From NCBI GenBank assembly GCA_034927345.1, contig JAYFQE010000012.1, positions 30,176-94,175 on the forward strand: 64,000 nt of DNA, given 5' to 3'. The notes beneath the pieces are model-generated. The model was not told the DNA's origin and did no database searches. It saw only the letters and a program-made list of their open reading frames with translations. This DNA is from Clostridiaceae bacterium. Its GTDB lineage: Bacteria > Bacillota > Clostridia > Saccharofermentanales > UBA5734. This document shows positions 20,433-29,677 of this stretch, one piece after another. Positions within the stretch are counted from its first letter, which is position 1. Each line of letters begins with the position of its first letter. Position numbers and translations under genes: made by a program.

Positions 20433-20482
20433 TTGACTCTTTTTGCAGCATCCGGTAGACTGTTTGATAGTCCGTTTAACGG
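20433..20482 (+). promoter_or_regulatory. sigmaA promoter with downstream palindrome (putative operator)
   Basis: TTGACT(20433)-N17-TAGACT(20456). CCGTT-T-AACGG at 20472-20482. Confidence 0.6.
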
Positions 20483-20521
20483 CCTAAGCAAGTTGAAAGA
20501 TCACGGCAGGGAGGTAAGATT

Positions 20522-21577
20522 ATGGCTTTGATACTAAAAACGATCGCTCAGGATCTTAATCTGTCCCTGTCAACGGTATCACGGGTTTTAAATAATAAGT
20601 CCAATGTTAATGAGAAAACCCGGCAAATGGTTCTTGACTATTTGCAGGCGCATAACAGCATGCAAAAAGTTGCTCCCAAATCATCGATGGCGATTAACGA
20701 TGTTGTTGCCGTCGTGATTCCGGATATCAGCGAAGATTATTTCGATTTTGTCGTCAGAGGTATTGAGAACTGCTTGTGGCAGGAACATATCGGGATGATG
20801 CTCTGTGATACCATGGAGGATGTGGAAAAAGAAATCCAGCACATGGATATGCTGATTGAGAAGCATTTCAGCGGCATCATTCTGGCGACCATCGATAAAG
20901 ATGAGGAACGTCTCAGCTCTTATCAAAAAAGAGGTACAAACCTTGTTTTTTTTGATAATTTACCGAATATTTCATTACATTACAACTCAGTGATCACCGA
21001 TAACATTAAAGCCAGCGTCTTGGCGGTTAATCATCTGGCGTCGCTGGGCCACGCCCGTATCGGGTTCATCTCCGGCCGGCAGGAAGAGACGACCGGTTTT
21101 GAGCGGTTGGTCGGATACCGGCGCGCCATGGAGCTAAATCACTTGCCGGTTGTGGACAGTCAGATTGTTTACGGCGATTTTAAGGAGAAATCCGGTTATC
21201 AGGGCATGAATGACCTGCTGGATGCTAATCCCCATCTGACGGCAGTCTTTGTATCCAGCGCCAAAATGACATATGGCGCTTTGAAAGCTTTAATGGACCG
21301 TAATTTGCGGGTTCCCGAGGATATTGCCCTGGTTGGGTTCGATGTCCACGACGCAACGGGATTAATCCGGCCGGGCATTACGACGATTATCCAGAACGAA
21401 GAACAAATCGGCCGCTTATGTGTCGAACTGCTGCTGCGCAACAAGCAGGAAAAACAAGCGGGGCCGGTATCGCACAATCAGCGGATTCTTCTGGAACCGC
21501 AGCTGCTGATACGGGATTCGTGCGGCTATAGAGCGAAGACTTCAGGAGATGTATCTCATGAGCGTGCAGATCGATGA
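20522..21577 (+). CDS. LacI family transcriptional regulator
   Basis: LKTIAQDLNLSLSTVSRVLN HTH, LGHARIG, RVPEDIALVGFD. GGAGG RBS. Confidence 0.93.
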   Translation: MALILKTIAQDLNLSLSTVSRVLNNKSNVNEKTRQMVLDYLQAHNSMQKVAPKSSMAINDVVAVVIPDISEDYFDFVVRGIENCLWQEHIGMMLCDTMEDVEKEIQHMDMLIEKHFSGIILATIDKDEERLSSYQKRGTNLVFFDNLPNISLHYNSVITDNIKASVLAVNHLASLGHARIGFISGRQEETTGFERLVGYRRAMELNHLPVVDSQIVYGDFKEKSGYQGMNDLLDANPHLTAVFVSSAKMTYGALKALMDRNLRVPEDIALVGFDVHDATGLIRPGITTIIQNEEQIGRLCVELLLRNKQEKQAGPVSHNQRILLEPQLLIRDSCGYRAKTSGDVSHERADR

Positions 21578-22716
21578 TTGAATCAAAACGGTACATTAAT
21601 GCTTTTTGCTATTTCGCCCTGTGTTTGCTGGGGGTTTATTTGTCGGTCTACCAAAGTGTCGTCGCGGATATCGCGCTGGACTATCATTTGGATGCCGGAC
21701 AAACCGGCATGATGATTTCATTTCATTTCCTCGGTTCATTTTTATTACCGCTGATTCTGGGCGAAGCCGGAGACCGTTTTGGCACCAAACCCATTTTACG
21801 TTTGGCTTTTATGACCTTGATTGCAGGTCTTGTGTTTATTATTGCCGGCCGGGTTCCTGTCCTTTTCTTAATCGGCACATTACTGGTCGGCGGTGGTTTT
21901 TCTGTTATTGAAGGCATGCTTTCCGGTTTGCTGACCCTGGCCAATCCGGACCGCGTTAACTCGGTCATGAATTTATCGCAAATGTATTTTTGCCTGGGCG
22001 CTGTCGGCGGCCCCTTTGTCGTTTTCGGATTGAAGCTGGCCGGCTGGGGCTGGCGGATCAATTACAGCTTGATTTTGATCCTCTTCTTAGTTTGCCTGAT
22101 CGTTGCCGGCCGCTTGAGCCTGCCGGCATACCGGACCGCTCCGATCAAAGGCTTGCAATTGAAGCGTTTGCTGCGGGACCGGACCTTTATTATTCTTCTC
22201 ATAGCGATTTTTCTTTATGTCGGCGTTGAAGAAGGCACGGCTTTCTGGGTGACCAGTTATATAAAAGAAGCCTTGACGACACAGGTGCCAGGTTTGATAT
22301 TCCTGTCCGTTTATTGGCTGGGAATGGCTTGCGGACGTTGGCTTTTCAGCATGCTGAAGCAATCGTTCAAACGTTGGCTCATCATCGGCCTGGCCGCTGC
22401 CTGCCTGTTTATGTGTTCATTCCTGCTGCTGCAGCAATCCGGTTGGGTTCTGATCTGTCTTTTCCTGGTCGGCTTCGGCTTCGCGCCGGTTTGGCCGGTT
22501 CTGATGATGACAGCCTCGGATCGGGGTACGGACGCGACAAATTCGGCTATGGGCGCCATGATGTCTTTAGGCGCGGTCGGCGGTATGGCCGTACCCTTTG
22601 CCCTGGGCCAACTGGCTAATTCGACCGGCATGACCCGGGCTATGCTGTTAATGCCGCTTCTGTTGTTTGTTTTAATGGGGCTGGTTTTATCAACCGGCAG
22701 AAAACGGAAAGACTAA
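21574..22716 (+). CDS. MFS transporter (FucP/TsgA-like)
   Basis: About 12 hydrophobic segments, GEAGDRFGTK motif A, FLYVGVEEG. Confidence 0.85.
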   Translation: MIESKRYINAFCYFALCLLGVYLSVYQSVVADIALDYHLDAGQTGMMISFHFLGSFLLPLILGEAGDRFGTKPILRLAFMTLIAGLVFIIAGRVPVLFLIGTLLVGGGFSVIEGMLSGLLTLANPDRVNSVMNLSQMYFCLGAVGGPFVVFGLKLAGWGWRINYSLILILFLVCLIVAGRLSLPAYRTAPIKGLQLKRLLRDRTFIILLIAIFLYVGVEEGTAFWVTSYIKEALTTQVPGLIFLSVYWLGMACGRWLFSMLKQSFKRWLIIGLAAACLFMCSFLLLQQSGWVLICLFLVGFGFAPVWPVLMMTASDRGTDATNSAMGAMMSLGAVGGMAVPFALGQLANSTGMTRAMLLMPLLLFVLMGLVLSTGRKRKD

Positions 22717-22753
22717 CCTATTCCTGTATAAAGAGTATCGGCTGAGCAATCTC

Positions 22754-22782
22754 TTGACAGCCCTATGTCATTCGCCTATGAT
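22754..22782 (+). promoter_or_regulatory. sigmaA promoter of the two-component operon, with a TGACA-N6-TGTCA inverted repeat over the -35
   Basis: TTGACA(22754)-N17-TATGAT(22777); inverted repeat at 22755-22770. Confidence 0.7.
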
Positions 22783-22865
22783 TAGGTCGATTTAACTGCG
22801 GTGATGTAAGGATGTGGATTAATGTACCAGATTTCAGCTGTTGCATTTATTAAAGGAAGAATTTT

Positions 22866-23948
22866 GTGAAAGCTTTGATTGTCGATGATGATCACTTTGT
22901 GCGAAAGGGTTTAACCAGCATGATCCCCTGGTCGGACCTGGGGTTTGACAGAGTCCTCGAAGCCGATAACGGTTTATCCGCACTAAAACAAGTCAAGGAC
23001 GAATGTCCGGATTTGATTCTTACGGATGTACTGATGCCGGTTATGGATGGGATAGAATTTTGCCGCCTGGTTCGGGAGCAGGATTACCATTCTTATATTA
23101 TTATGTTGAGCGCATATGATGATTTTGAATACGCTCGTTCAGCTTTACGCTACCGTGTCAGCGAGTACATTCTGAAACCACTGACTGATGCGACTTTGCA
23201 AGAACTTAAAGAAAAAATATCGGTTATCTGTGTTCAGATTCGTCAGGAACAACATTTTTACCACAATTTATATAGTCGTCCGGATTTAATCAATGAAATT
23301 GACGATATAATAAAAAGCCATGATCAAAACCGGCTGGATAACCTTTTTCATGACGTATTTCCTGAGCTTGGGCTTAGAGAAGGCAATCACAGCAGGTATT
23401 TTTGTCTTTTTCTTGTTGACACCTTGTCAAAAACACTAAAAAGCATGGGCTACAGCCAGCAGATGCTCAATGATGAAAAGGAAAATGAAGTAAAAGTCAT
23501 TTTATCAAATCAATCGGCAAGTCAAACTTATCAGTATGTCTATGAAAAATTCTGCAGTGCTTTGCACCGGGAAAAACCCAATATGTCCAATAACCAGATT
23601 TTGATCAACAATATAAAGGATTATGTCGGCAAACATTATAACGACGATAATTTAAGTATCGGTTTAATTGCGGAATATTTTCATTTAGTTTCGCCATATT
23701 TAGGCACTGTTTTCAAAGAACACGAAGGGATTAGCCTGAACGCCTATATCAGTGAAATCCGTATTGGTAAAGCTTGCGCCCTATTGCAGGACTCATCTTG
23801 CCGCGTTCATGAAATTGGCCGACTGGTAGGCATAACCGATCCGAATTATTTCGCCAAGCTATTCCGGAAAATGAAAGGGATGTCGCCCAAAGAATACAGG
23901 ATGTTTCTTTTCGATCAACCGAATCATCAAGATGAGATGCCGACATAA
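22866..23948 (+). CDS. YesN/AraC-type response regulator
   Basis: Receiver domain LIVDDD, DVLMPVMDG, YILKP. C-terminal AraC HTH VGITDPNYFAKLFRKMKGMSPKEYR. Confidence 0.93.
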   Translation: MKALIVDDDHFVRKGLTSMIPWSDLGFDRVLEADNGLSALKQVKDECPDLILTDVLMPVMDGIEFCRLVREQDYHSYIIMLSAYDDFEYARSALRYRVSEYILKPLTDATLQELKEKISVICVQIRQEQHFYHNLYSRPDLINEIDDIIKSHDQNRLDNLFHDVFPELGLREGNHSRYFCLFLVDTLSKTLKSMGYSQQMLNDEKENEVKVILSNQSASQTYQYVYEKFCSALHREKPNMSNNQILINNIKDYVGKHYNDDNLSIGLIAEYFHLVSPYLGTVFKEHEGISLNAYISEIRIGKACALLQDSSCRVHEIGRLVGITDPNYFAKLFRKMKGMSPKEYRMFLFDQPNHQDEMPT

Positions 23949-23951
23949 GAA

Positions 23952-25781
23952 ATGATGGCAATCCGGAAAGCGGGTAAAGGAATGAGACTTTCAATCCGGA
24001 ATAAATTATTCATAACGATAACAGTGGTCTATATGGCGATTCTTCTTATATCGATAACATACATCTCTCAATATCTCAAGAATATCCTTCTGGAAAGATC
24101 ACAGGAAGAACAGCAGAGATTGCTGATTCAAAGCGCATCTTCCATTGAGCAGGTCATTAACGAATTGGATCGCATTACCTTGTATTTGACTGGCGACCGG
24201 TATTTTGCCAGCATTCTCAACAGCGATCCGCAGAATGATGTCGATACAATCGGAGTCGCTGGTAAATTGAAGGATAGTGTCGGCGTTTATACAAGTTATT
24301 CGATAACGTCGTCATCCATTGATTATAAAACGACGCTTTATATTGACGATTCGTTCGACGTCGCGCGATATCTACCGTCGTATGGCCTGGATACAGCATT
24401 TTATCGAACGGGCGAGAAAACGAACATTTGCAGCTCAACAGCAGTTAAAGACTGTCCATGGTATTTGGACACGGTATCTTATAATTCTCAGGTCTATAGT
24501 TTTACCGATGATAATCTGGATGATTATCTGTTGTTTGCCAAACTACTGCGCAACAGTAATGTCGGCGAAGCATCGCATAATAATATTGCCGGAACTATCG
24601 TCATGGCTTTACGAAAACATGATATGGAAACGATCATGAATACGGCAAGGACAACAGATCATACGGAAATCATGTTGATCAAGAACAACATGATTATTGC
24701 GGCCACCGGTTCAGAAACTATTGCCAATGGTGTTGTCCCGGATAAGTATCAGCCGATTATGGAACTTGAACAGGATAGTAATTTTCATTCGACGAATATA
24801 GGCGGACAATCCTGCCTGGGTATCCGATCGGGTATTGCCGGCCAATGGGAACTGGCATCGGTCGTTCCGCTCGCAGATATTACCGGCCAGGTCAATCATC
24901 TGACTTCACAAATTGTCATTATTGTCATCGCTTTCTCCGTTCTTGTTTTATTTGCGGCAGCGATCCTCTCCAGGTTTTTTGCCAAACCGATTCAACGCTT
25001 GTCGTCCGTTATGAGCCATGTAAAAACCGAAGAGGAAATCGCTGTTGTAACAACGAATTATAAATATAAAGATGAAATAGCCGAATTATATACCAGTTAT
25101 AATATAATGATTACGCGGATACAGAATCTCGTCAATAATGTCAAGGTAAAAGCCGAATTGCAAAAAAAAGCAGAACTCAGAGCGCTTCAGGCACAGATCA
25201 ATCCTCATTTCATTTATAATACGCTAGATACCATTAATTGGATTGCCATGTGTGAGAAACAGAAGAATATTTCTACAATGGTTACTGCCCTGGTATCGAT
25301 CATCCGCTACAGCGTGAAAGACCCAGATGCCATGGTTTCATTGGATGCTGAAATCAATTATCTCAAGGAATATTGGTCTATACAGAACATTCGCTACCAA
25401 GGCAAATATAGCTTCCATATCCAAATTCCAGCGAATTTGCTCAAGGTCGAGTTGCCTAAAATGTCTATCCAGCCGCTTGTTGAGAATGCAATCAATTACG
25501 CCCAGCCCGATTCCGGGGATAATGTGATTGGCGTTGCGGTATACGAAAAGGGTGAACAGGTGGAAATTATCGTTTCCGATACCGGGAAAAATGCTGATTC
25601 CGGCTTGCTTAATCGTTATTTAGAACATGAAGACGTATTCACAAGCCAGGGATCCGGCATTGGAATCCGAAATGTCAATGACCGTATAAAAATGTATTTT
25701 GGATCGGAGTTTGGCCTGCTCTATAAAAACACTGCAGAAGGTCTTCAGGCTGTTCTTCGAATTAAAAAGTTAAGCAGCTGA
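23952..25781 (+). CDS. YesM/LytS-type sensor histidine kinase
   Basis: Two TM helices flanking an extracellular domain, HAMP, ALQAQINPHFIYNTLD, QPLVENAI, GIGIRNV. Confidence 0.93.
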   Translation: MMAIRKAGKGMRLSIRNKLFITITVVYMAILLISITYISQYLKNILLERSQEEQQRLLIQSASSIEQVINELDRITLYLTGDRYFASILNSDPQNDVDTIGVAGKLKDSVGVYTSYSITSSSIDYKTTLYIDDSFDVARYLPSYGLDTAFYRTGEKTNICSSTAVKDCPWYLDTVSYNSQVYSFTDDNLDDYLLFAKLLRNSNVGEASHNNIAGTIVMALRKHDMETIMNTARTTDHTEIMLIKNNMIIAATGSETIANGVVPDKYQPIMELEQDSNFHSTNIGGQSCLGIRSGIAGQWELASVVPLADITGQVNHLTSQIVIIVIAFSVLVLFAAAILSRFFAKPIQRLSSVMSHVKTEEEIAVVTTNYKYKDEIAELYTSYNIMITRIQNLVNNVKVKAELQKKAELRALQAQINPHFIYNTLDTINWIAMCEKQKNISTMVTALVSIIRYSVKDPDAMVSLDAEINYLKEYWSIQNIRYQGKYSFHIQIPANLLKVELPKMSIQPLVENAINYAQPDSGDNVIGVAVYEKGEQVEIIVSDTGKNADSGLLNRYLEHEDVFTSQGSGIGIRNVNDRIKMYFGSEFGLLYKNTAEGLQAVLRIKKLSS

Positions 25782-25796
25782 TAATATGACTATAAA

Positions 25797-25841
25797 TCTA
25801 TACTTTTTACTATCCGGTTGATTTGTGCAATCTGTTATAAT
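25797..25841 (+). promoter_or_regulatory. Putative activator site plus extended -10 promoter
   Basis: TCTATACTTTTTAC(25797-25810), then 25 nt to the TATAAT hexamer (25836), which carries an upstream TG. No consensus -35. Confidence 0.55.
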
Positions 25842-25928
25842 ATTGACAACAATTGGCTCTCTATTATGATAATAATCACACGAGATAACAGGCTTTATTC
25901 ATGTATCTGGGTTCCCGGGAGGATTAAG

Positions 25929-27476
25929 ATGGCCAAGAGATACATAATATTGTTCATTGCCCTTATCTTCAGTATGCAGCCCTTGTCGTGTGACGGGCTG
26001 AACCACTATGTACCTGAGACAAATTCTGTTACCAACATTGAAACCAATAAAAAAGATGACCTTGTGTCGCTGGATTGGTATGTTGCGATCTGGGGCGACA
26101 CGGAAGACAGTGAACTTGTTTACAATAAAGTCAATGAAATCATGAAGCAAAATTTAAACATTGACCTAAAAATCCATGCCAGTTCGTATTATGAATATAA
26201 TAATAAAATTTCGACTATGCTCAATGCCGGGCAAAAAATGGACATTCTGTTTTGCAGCGATTCAATCGTCCCGTTTCTGAATAATGTACGGAACGGCAAT
26301 TTTCTGGCTTTAGAAGAACTGCTGCCGCAATATGCGCCGAAAACGTGGGCGGGAATCCCCGACGCCGCCTGGCAGGCCGTAACGAGCGGCGGTCATATTT
26401 ACGGCGTTATTCCTCTAAAAGACTTGGCCGATTGCTATTCGATGAATTATGATAAGCAATTGATTGATGAATTAGGTTTGATACCACCCAAGTCAGGGGA
26501 ATGGCAGACAATGTTTGATCTTCTAGATTTTCTGTATAAAGGTAAGGCGGCGCGGGACGCTCGTTATCCGGAGCAGGCCCAGTATCCTGCTATACGCGGA
26601 GGCAACCAAACGCTGACACTCTATTTCCCTTATGAACCGATAAATTTTCTGGTAGGCGCTAATATCGAAGGTTCGGAGAGTTTTTCCGGTAAGGGTCATG
26701 GTGAGTTGGTCTTTAATGTTTTTGACACACCCGAATATTTAAAATACGCACAAACCTTGAGGAAAATGGTCGTAGATGGCATCTATCCTTATGATTGGAA
26801 AAATTTCGACAGAGAAAAACGACTTAATATTAAATACATCTTGATCGGAACTCAAGGGATGGTAACCGATGATAAAACTGAAAATCCAAATTATGTTGTA
26901 ACCTTGCCAAAGCAATCGTTTATGTACAGTAATTATGTACGAATGCAAATAACGGCTATCACAACATACTGCAAATATCCTGATCGTGCCATGCAGGCGA
27001 TTGAATATGTTAATCAAGATAAGCTTGTCAGTACCATGCTTCGCTTTGGCATTAAGGATGTTCATTGGCGGGAAACTGGTACGAATCAAATTACTTTTGA
27101 AGGGACTGCCAATCAAGATGCCTTGAACCGCAGGTATTACTTTTGGTATGGTACAACCTTTGGCAGCATGGCTAATATTATGTTACCCATATCGGAAGAC
27201 CCGTTTCTAGTGAAAAAAATTATCGATATGACAGAACATTCCAACCAGAAATCGAATCTTGGATTCATTTTTAACGAAACAGCCGTTGTTAATGAACTGG
27301 CAGCTTGTCGCAGCGTTGTTGAAGAATATGAACCGGTTATTCAAAGTGGAATGGCAGAAAATGTTGAGGCGATATATGCGGAATTTGTCGAGAAATTGAA
27401 AACCAACGGTTCGGAGAGAATTGTTACTGAGGTACAGAATCAGCTTAATGCATGGAGAAAGACTGTTGGAAGGTGA
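25929..27476 (+). CDS. ABC substrate-binding lipoprotein, putative sensory partner of the histidine kinase
   Basis: GGAGG RBS, signal peptide ending LSC, DUF3502-type C-terminus. Close paralogue of 29678-31270. Confidence 0.85.
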   Translation: MAKRYIILFIALIFSMQPLSCDGLNHYVPETNSVTNIETNKKDDLVSLDWYVAIWGDTEDSELVYNKVNEIMKQNLNIDLKIHASSYYEYNNKISTMLNAGQKMDILFCSDSIVPFLNNVRNGNFLALEELLPQYAPKTWAGIPDAAWQAVTSGGHIYGVIPLKDLADCYSMNYDKQLIDELGLIPPKSGEWQTMFDLLDFLYKGKAARDARYPEQAQYPAIRGGNQTLTLYFPYEPINFLVGANIEGSESFSGKGHGELVFNVFDTPEYLKYAQTLRKMVVDGIYPYDWKNFDREKRLNIKYILIGTQGMVTDDKTENPNYVVTLPKQSFMYSNYVRMQITAITTYCKYPDRAMQAIEYVNQDKLVSTMLRFGIKDVHWRETGTNQITFEGTANQDALNRRYYFWYGTTFGSMANIMLPISEDPFLVKKIIDMTEHSNQKSNLGFIFNETAVVNELAACRSVVEEYEPVIQSGMAENVEAIYAEFVEKLKTNGSERIVTEVQNQLNAWRKTVGR

Positions 27477-27512
27477 TGTTATAGGACATTTTGTTCAAAT
27501 TATTACGACTAT

Positions 27513-27557
27513 TCTATAGTTATTACGCTTTTACCTTCCCGGTTATCTTGATAAGAT
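27513..27557 (+). promoter_or_regulatory. Putative activator site plus extended -10 promoter of the ABC operon
   Basis: TCTATAGTTATTAC(27513-27526), then 25 nt to the TAAGAT hexamer (27552), which carries an upstream TG. TTATTACG is repeated at a 20-bp period. Confidence 0.55.
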
Positions 27558-27636
27558 ATAAACAGCAAGAATTACTGCTAAATAGCATAAATATCGATAG
27601 AGGAATACGATCAAGAACAGGGGAAAACGGTAGTTT

Positions 27637-28596
27637 ATGACTAATATTGTACATAATCATCTAAAAACCGGCAATAAATTAAAAAGAAATATAAAAAAAG
27701 AATGGCTGTCAAATCGCTATCTATATTTTATGTCGGCGCCAGCCGTCGCTGCTTTAGTTATATTTTCTTATTTACCGATGTTTGGCCTGATTATGGCTTT
27801 TCAAGATTATTCGCCGCAAAAAGGTATACAAGGCAGTCCGTTTGTTGCACTTAAAAATTTTGAATTTTTATTTGCAACAACCGACGCCTGGAGAATTACA
27901 CGAAATACGGTTCTCTATAACACGATTTTTATTGTTTTGAATTTGGTTTTTGCCGTCGCTCTCGCGATCGTCATTAGTCAAATTAATAATCGTTTTCTAG
28001 CAAAAGTTCTTCAGACGATTTATATCATGCCATATTTTCTTTCGATGGCCATTGTTGCTATTATCGTCTTCTCAGTCCTTAGCGCCAGAAGTGGATTTTT
28101 AAATATTATTATGAAAAATTTCGGTATGGAAACCAGAAATTGGTATATGGTGAAAGAACCGTGGCCTTATATTCTCATCCTGGTCAATGTATGGAAAGGC
28201 GTCGGCTATTCGGCGGTGGTCTATCTGGCCTCCATTGCAGGTATATCCAATGAATACTATGAAGCCGCAATGCTGGACGGCGCGTCAAAGCCTCAGCAGG
28301 TCAAATATATTACAATACCGCATCTGAAACCCATGATCAGCATCTTATTAATTATGAGTATCGGCAGTATTTTCCGCGGCGATTTCGGCTTGTTCTATCT
28401 TGTGCCGCAGAATTCCGGCCCTTTGTATGCGGTTACCGATGTGATTGACACCTATATTTATCGGGCTATGACAACCCTGAATAATAATGGCATGGCTACG
28501 GCGGCCGGATTGTACCAGTCGATTGTATGCCTGATCTTAGTTCTGGTGGCCAACAAAATCGTTGCCAGGATCGAACCGGATAACGCCATGTTTTAA
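27637..28596 (+). CDS. Carbohydrate ABC transporter permease (LplB-like)
   Basis: KNFEFLFATTDAW, YYEAAMLDGASK, TDVIDTYIYR. Confidence 0.93.
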   Translation: MTNIVHNHLKTGNKLKRNIKKEWLSNRYLYFMSAPAVAALVIFSYLPMFGLIMAFQDYSPQKGIQGSPFVALKNFEFLFATTDAWRITRNTVLYNTIFIVLNLVFAVALAIVISQINNRFLAKVLQTIYIMPYFLSMAIVAIIVFSVLSARSGFLNIIMKNFGMETRNWYMVKEPWPYILILVNVWKGVGYSAVVYLASIAGISNEYYEAAMLDGASKPQQVKYITIPHLKPMISILLIMSIGSIFRGDFGLFYLVPQNSGPLYAVTDVIDTYIYRAMTTLNNNGMATAAGLYQSIVCLILVLVANKIVARIEPDNAMF

Positions 28597-28661
28597 GATC
28601 CTGTTTTCATCAGAATGAATTTATTATTGATACTCTATGTTGTTGGGGAGGCATCTTTTTC

Positions 28662-29585
28662 ATGCAAACCACCGGTAATCGCTTCAATCGTCTATCGCCT
28701 GCCAGTAATATCATCTTATCCGCGGTTTTATTGATATTAGCGATCATGACCCTGCTGCCGTTGATCCTGGTTGTCATTATTTCATTTTCGTCCAGCCGCA
28801 GCATTGCGGAAATAGGATATAGCTTTTTCCCGACTGAGTGGAGTTACGAAGCTTATCGATATTTGATGAAGACAGGACGGCAGGTTCTTCTGTCATACCG
28901 CGTCACCTTGTTGGCAACTGCGACCGGCACGATTGCCAGTCTGTTTGTTATGTCGATGTTTGCCTATGTCTTGGCGCAAAGAAGCTTCAAACCTCGAAAA
29001 TTCCTCATGTTTTTCACATTTTTTACGATGCTTTTTTCCGGCGGACTGGTTCCCTCATATATTGTGAATGTCAATTATCTGCATCTATACGACAATTTCC
29101 TCATATTTGTTCTGCCGAGCTTGGTTTCTGCTTATAATATAATTATATTACGGACATTCATTCGAACAACAATACCAGAAACGATATTTGAAGCAGCTAA
29201 AATAGATGGCGCTAACGATCTGCGGATATTCTTTCAAATTGTTGTTCCTCTATTCAAGCCCGGTTTAGCCACTGTTGGTTTATTTAATGTTGTATCGCGA
29301 TGGAACGAATGGTTTACCGGTATGCTCTATATCGATAATCCCGATCTCGTTCCCCTGCAGACCATGCTTACGCGGATACAGCAAAATGTAGATTTTATAA
29401 AAAACAACGCAGCCAATGTCGGCGGAGGCATGTCGACACAGCTTCAGGCGGCATTAAAAAGTTTACCTTCCGATAGCATGCGTATGGCGATTGCCATTGT
29501 CTCAGTCGTTCCGATACTTTTTGCATACCCATTCTTTCAGCGCTATTTTATTTCAGGATTAACAATAGGCAGCGTTAAAGAATAA
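28662..29585 (+). CDS. Carbohydrate ABC transporter permease (LplC-like)
   Basis: FFTMLFSGG, EAAKIDGA, YPFFQRYFISGLTIGSVKE. Confidence 0.93.
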   Translation: MQTTGNRFNRLSPASNIILSAVLLILAIMTLLPLILVVIISFSSSRSIAEIGYSFFPTEWSYEAYRYLMKTGRQVLLSYRVTLLATATGTIASLFVMSMFAYVLAQRSFKPRKFLMFFTFFTMLFSGGLVPSYIVNVNYLHLYDNFLIFVLPSLVSAYNIIILRTFIRTTIPETIFEAAKIDGANDLRIFFQIVVPLFKPGLATVGLFNVVSRWNEWFTGMLYIDNPDLVPLQTMLTRIQQNVDFIKNNAANVGGGMSTQLQAALKSLPSDSMRMAIAIVSVVPILFAYPFFQRYFISGLTIGSVKE

Positions 29586-29677
29586 GTTTCGAGCATTTAC
29601 AGCGAATCCGATTCGTTCAATATAGGTTGCATGGCCAGCAATTTATGAGATATAAAAATTTAACAGGAGGAAAGAAA

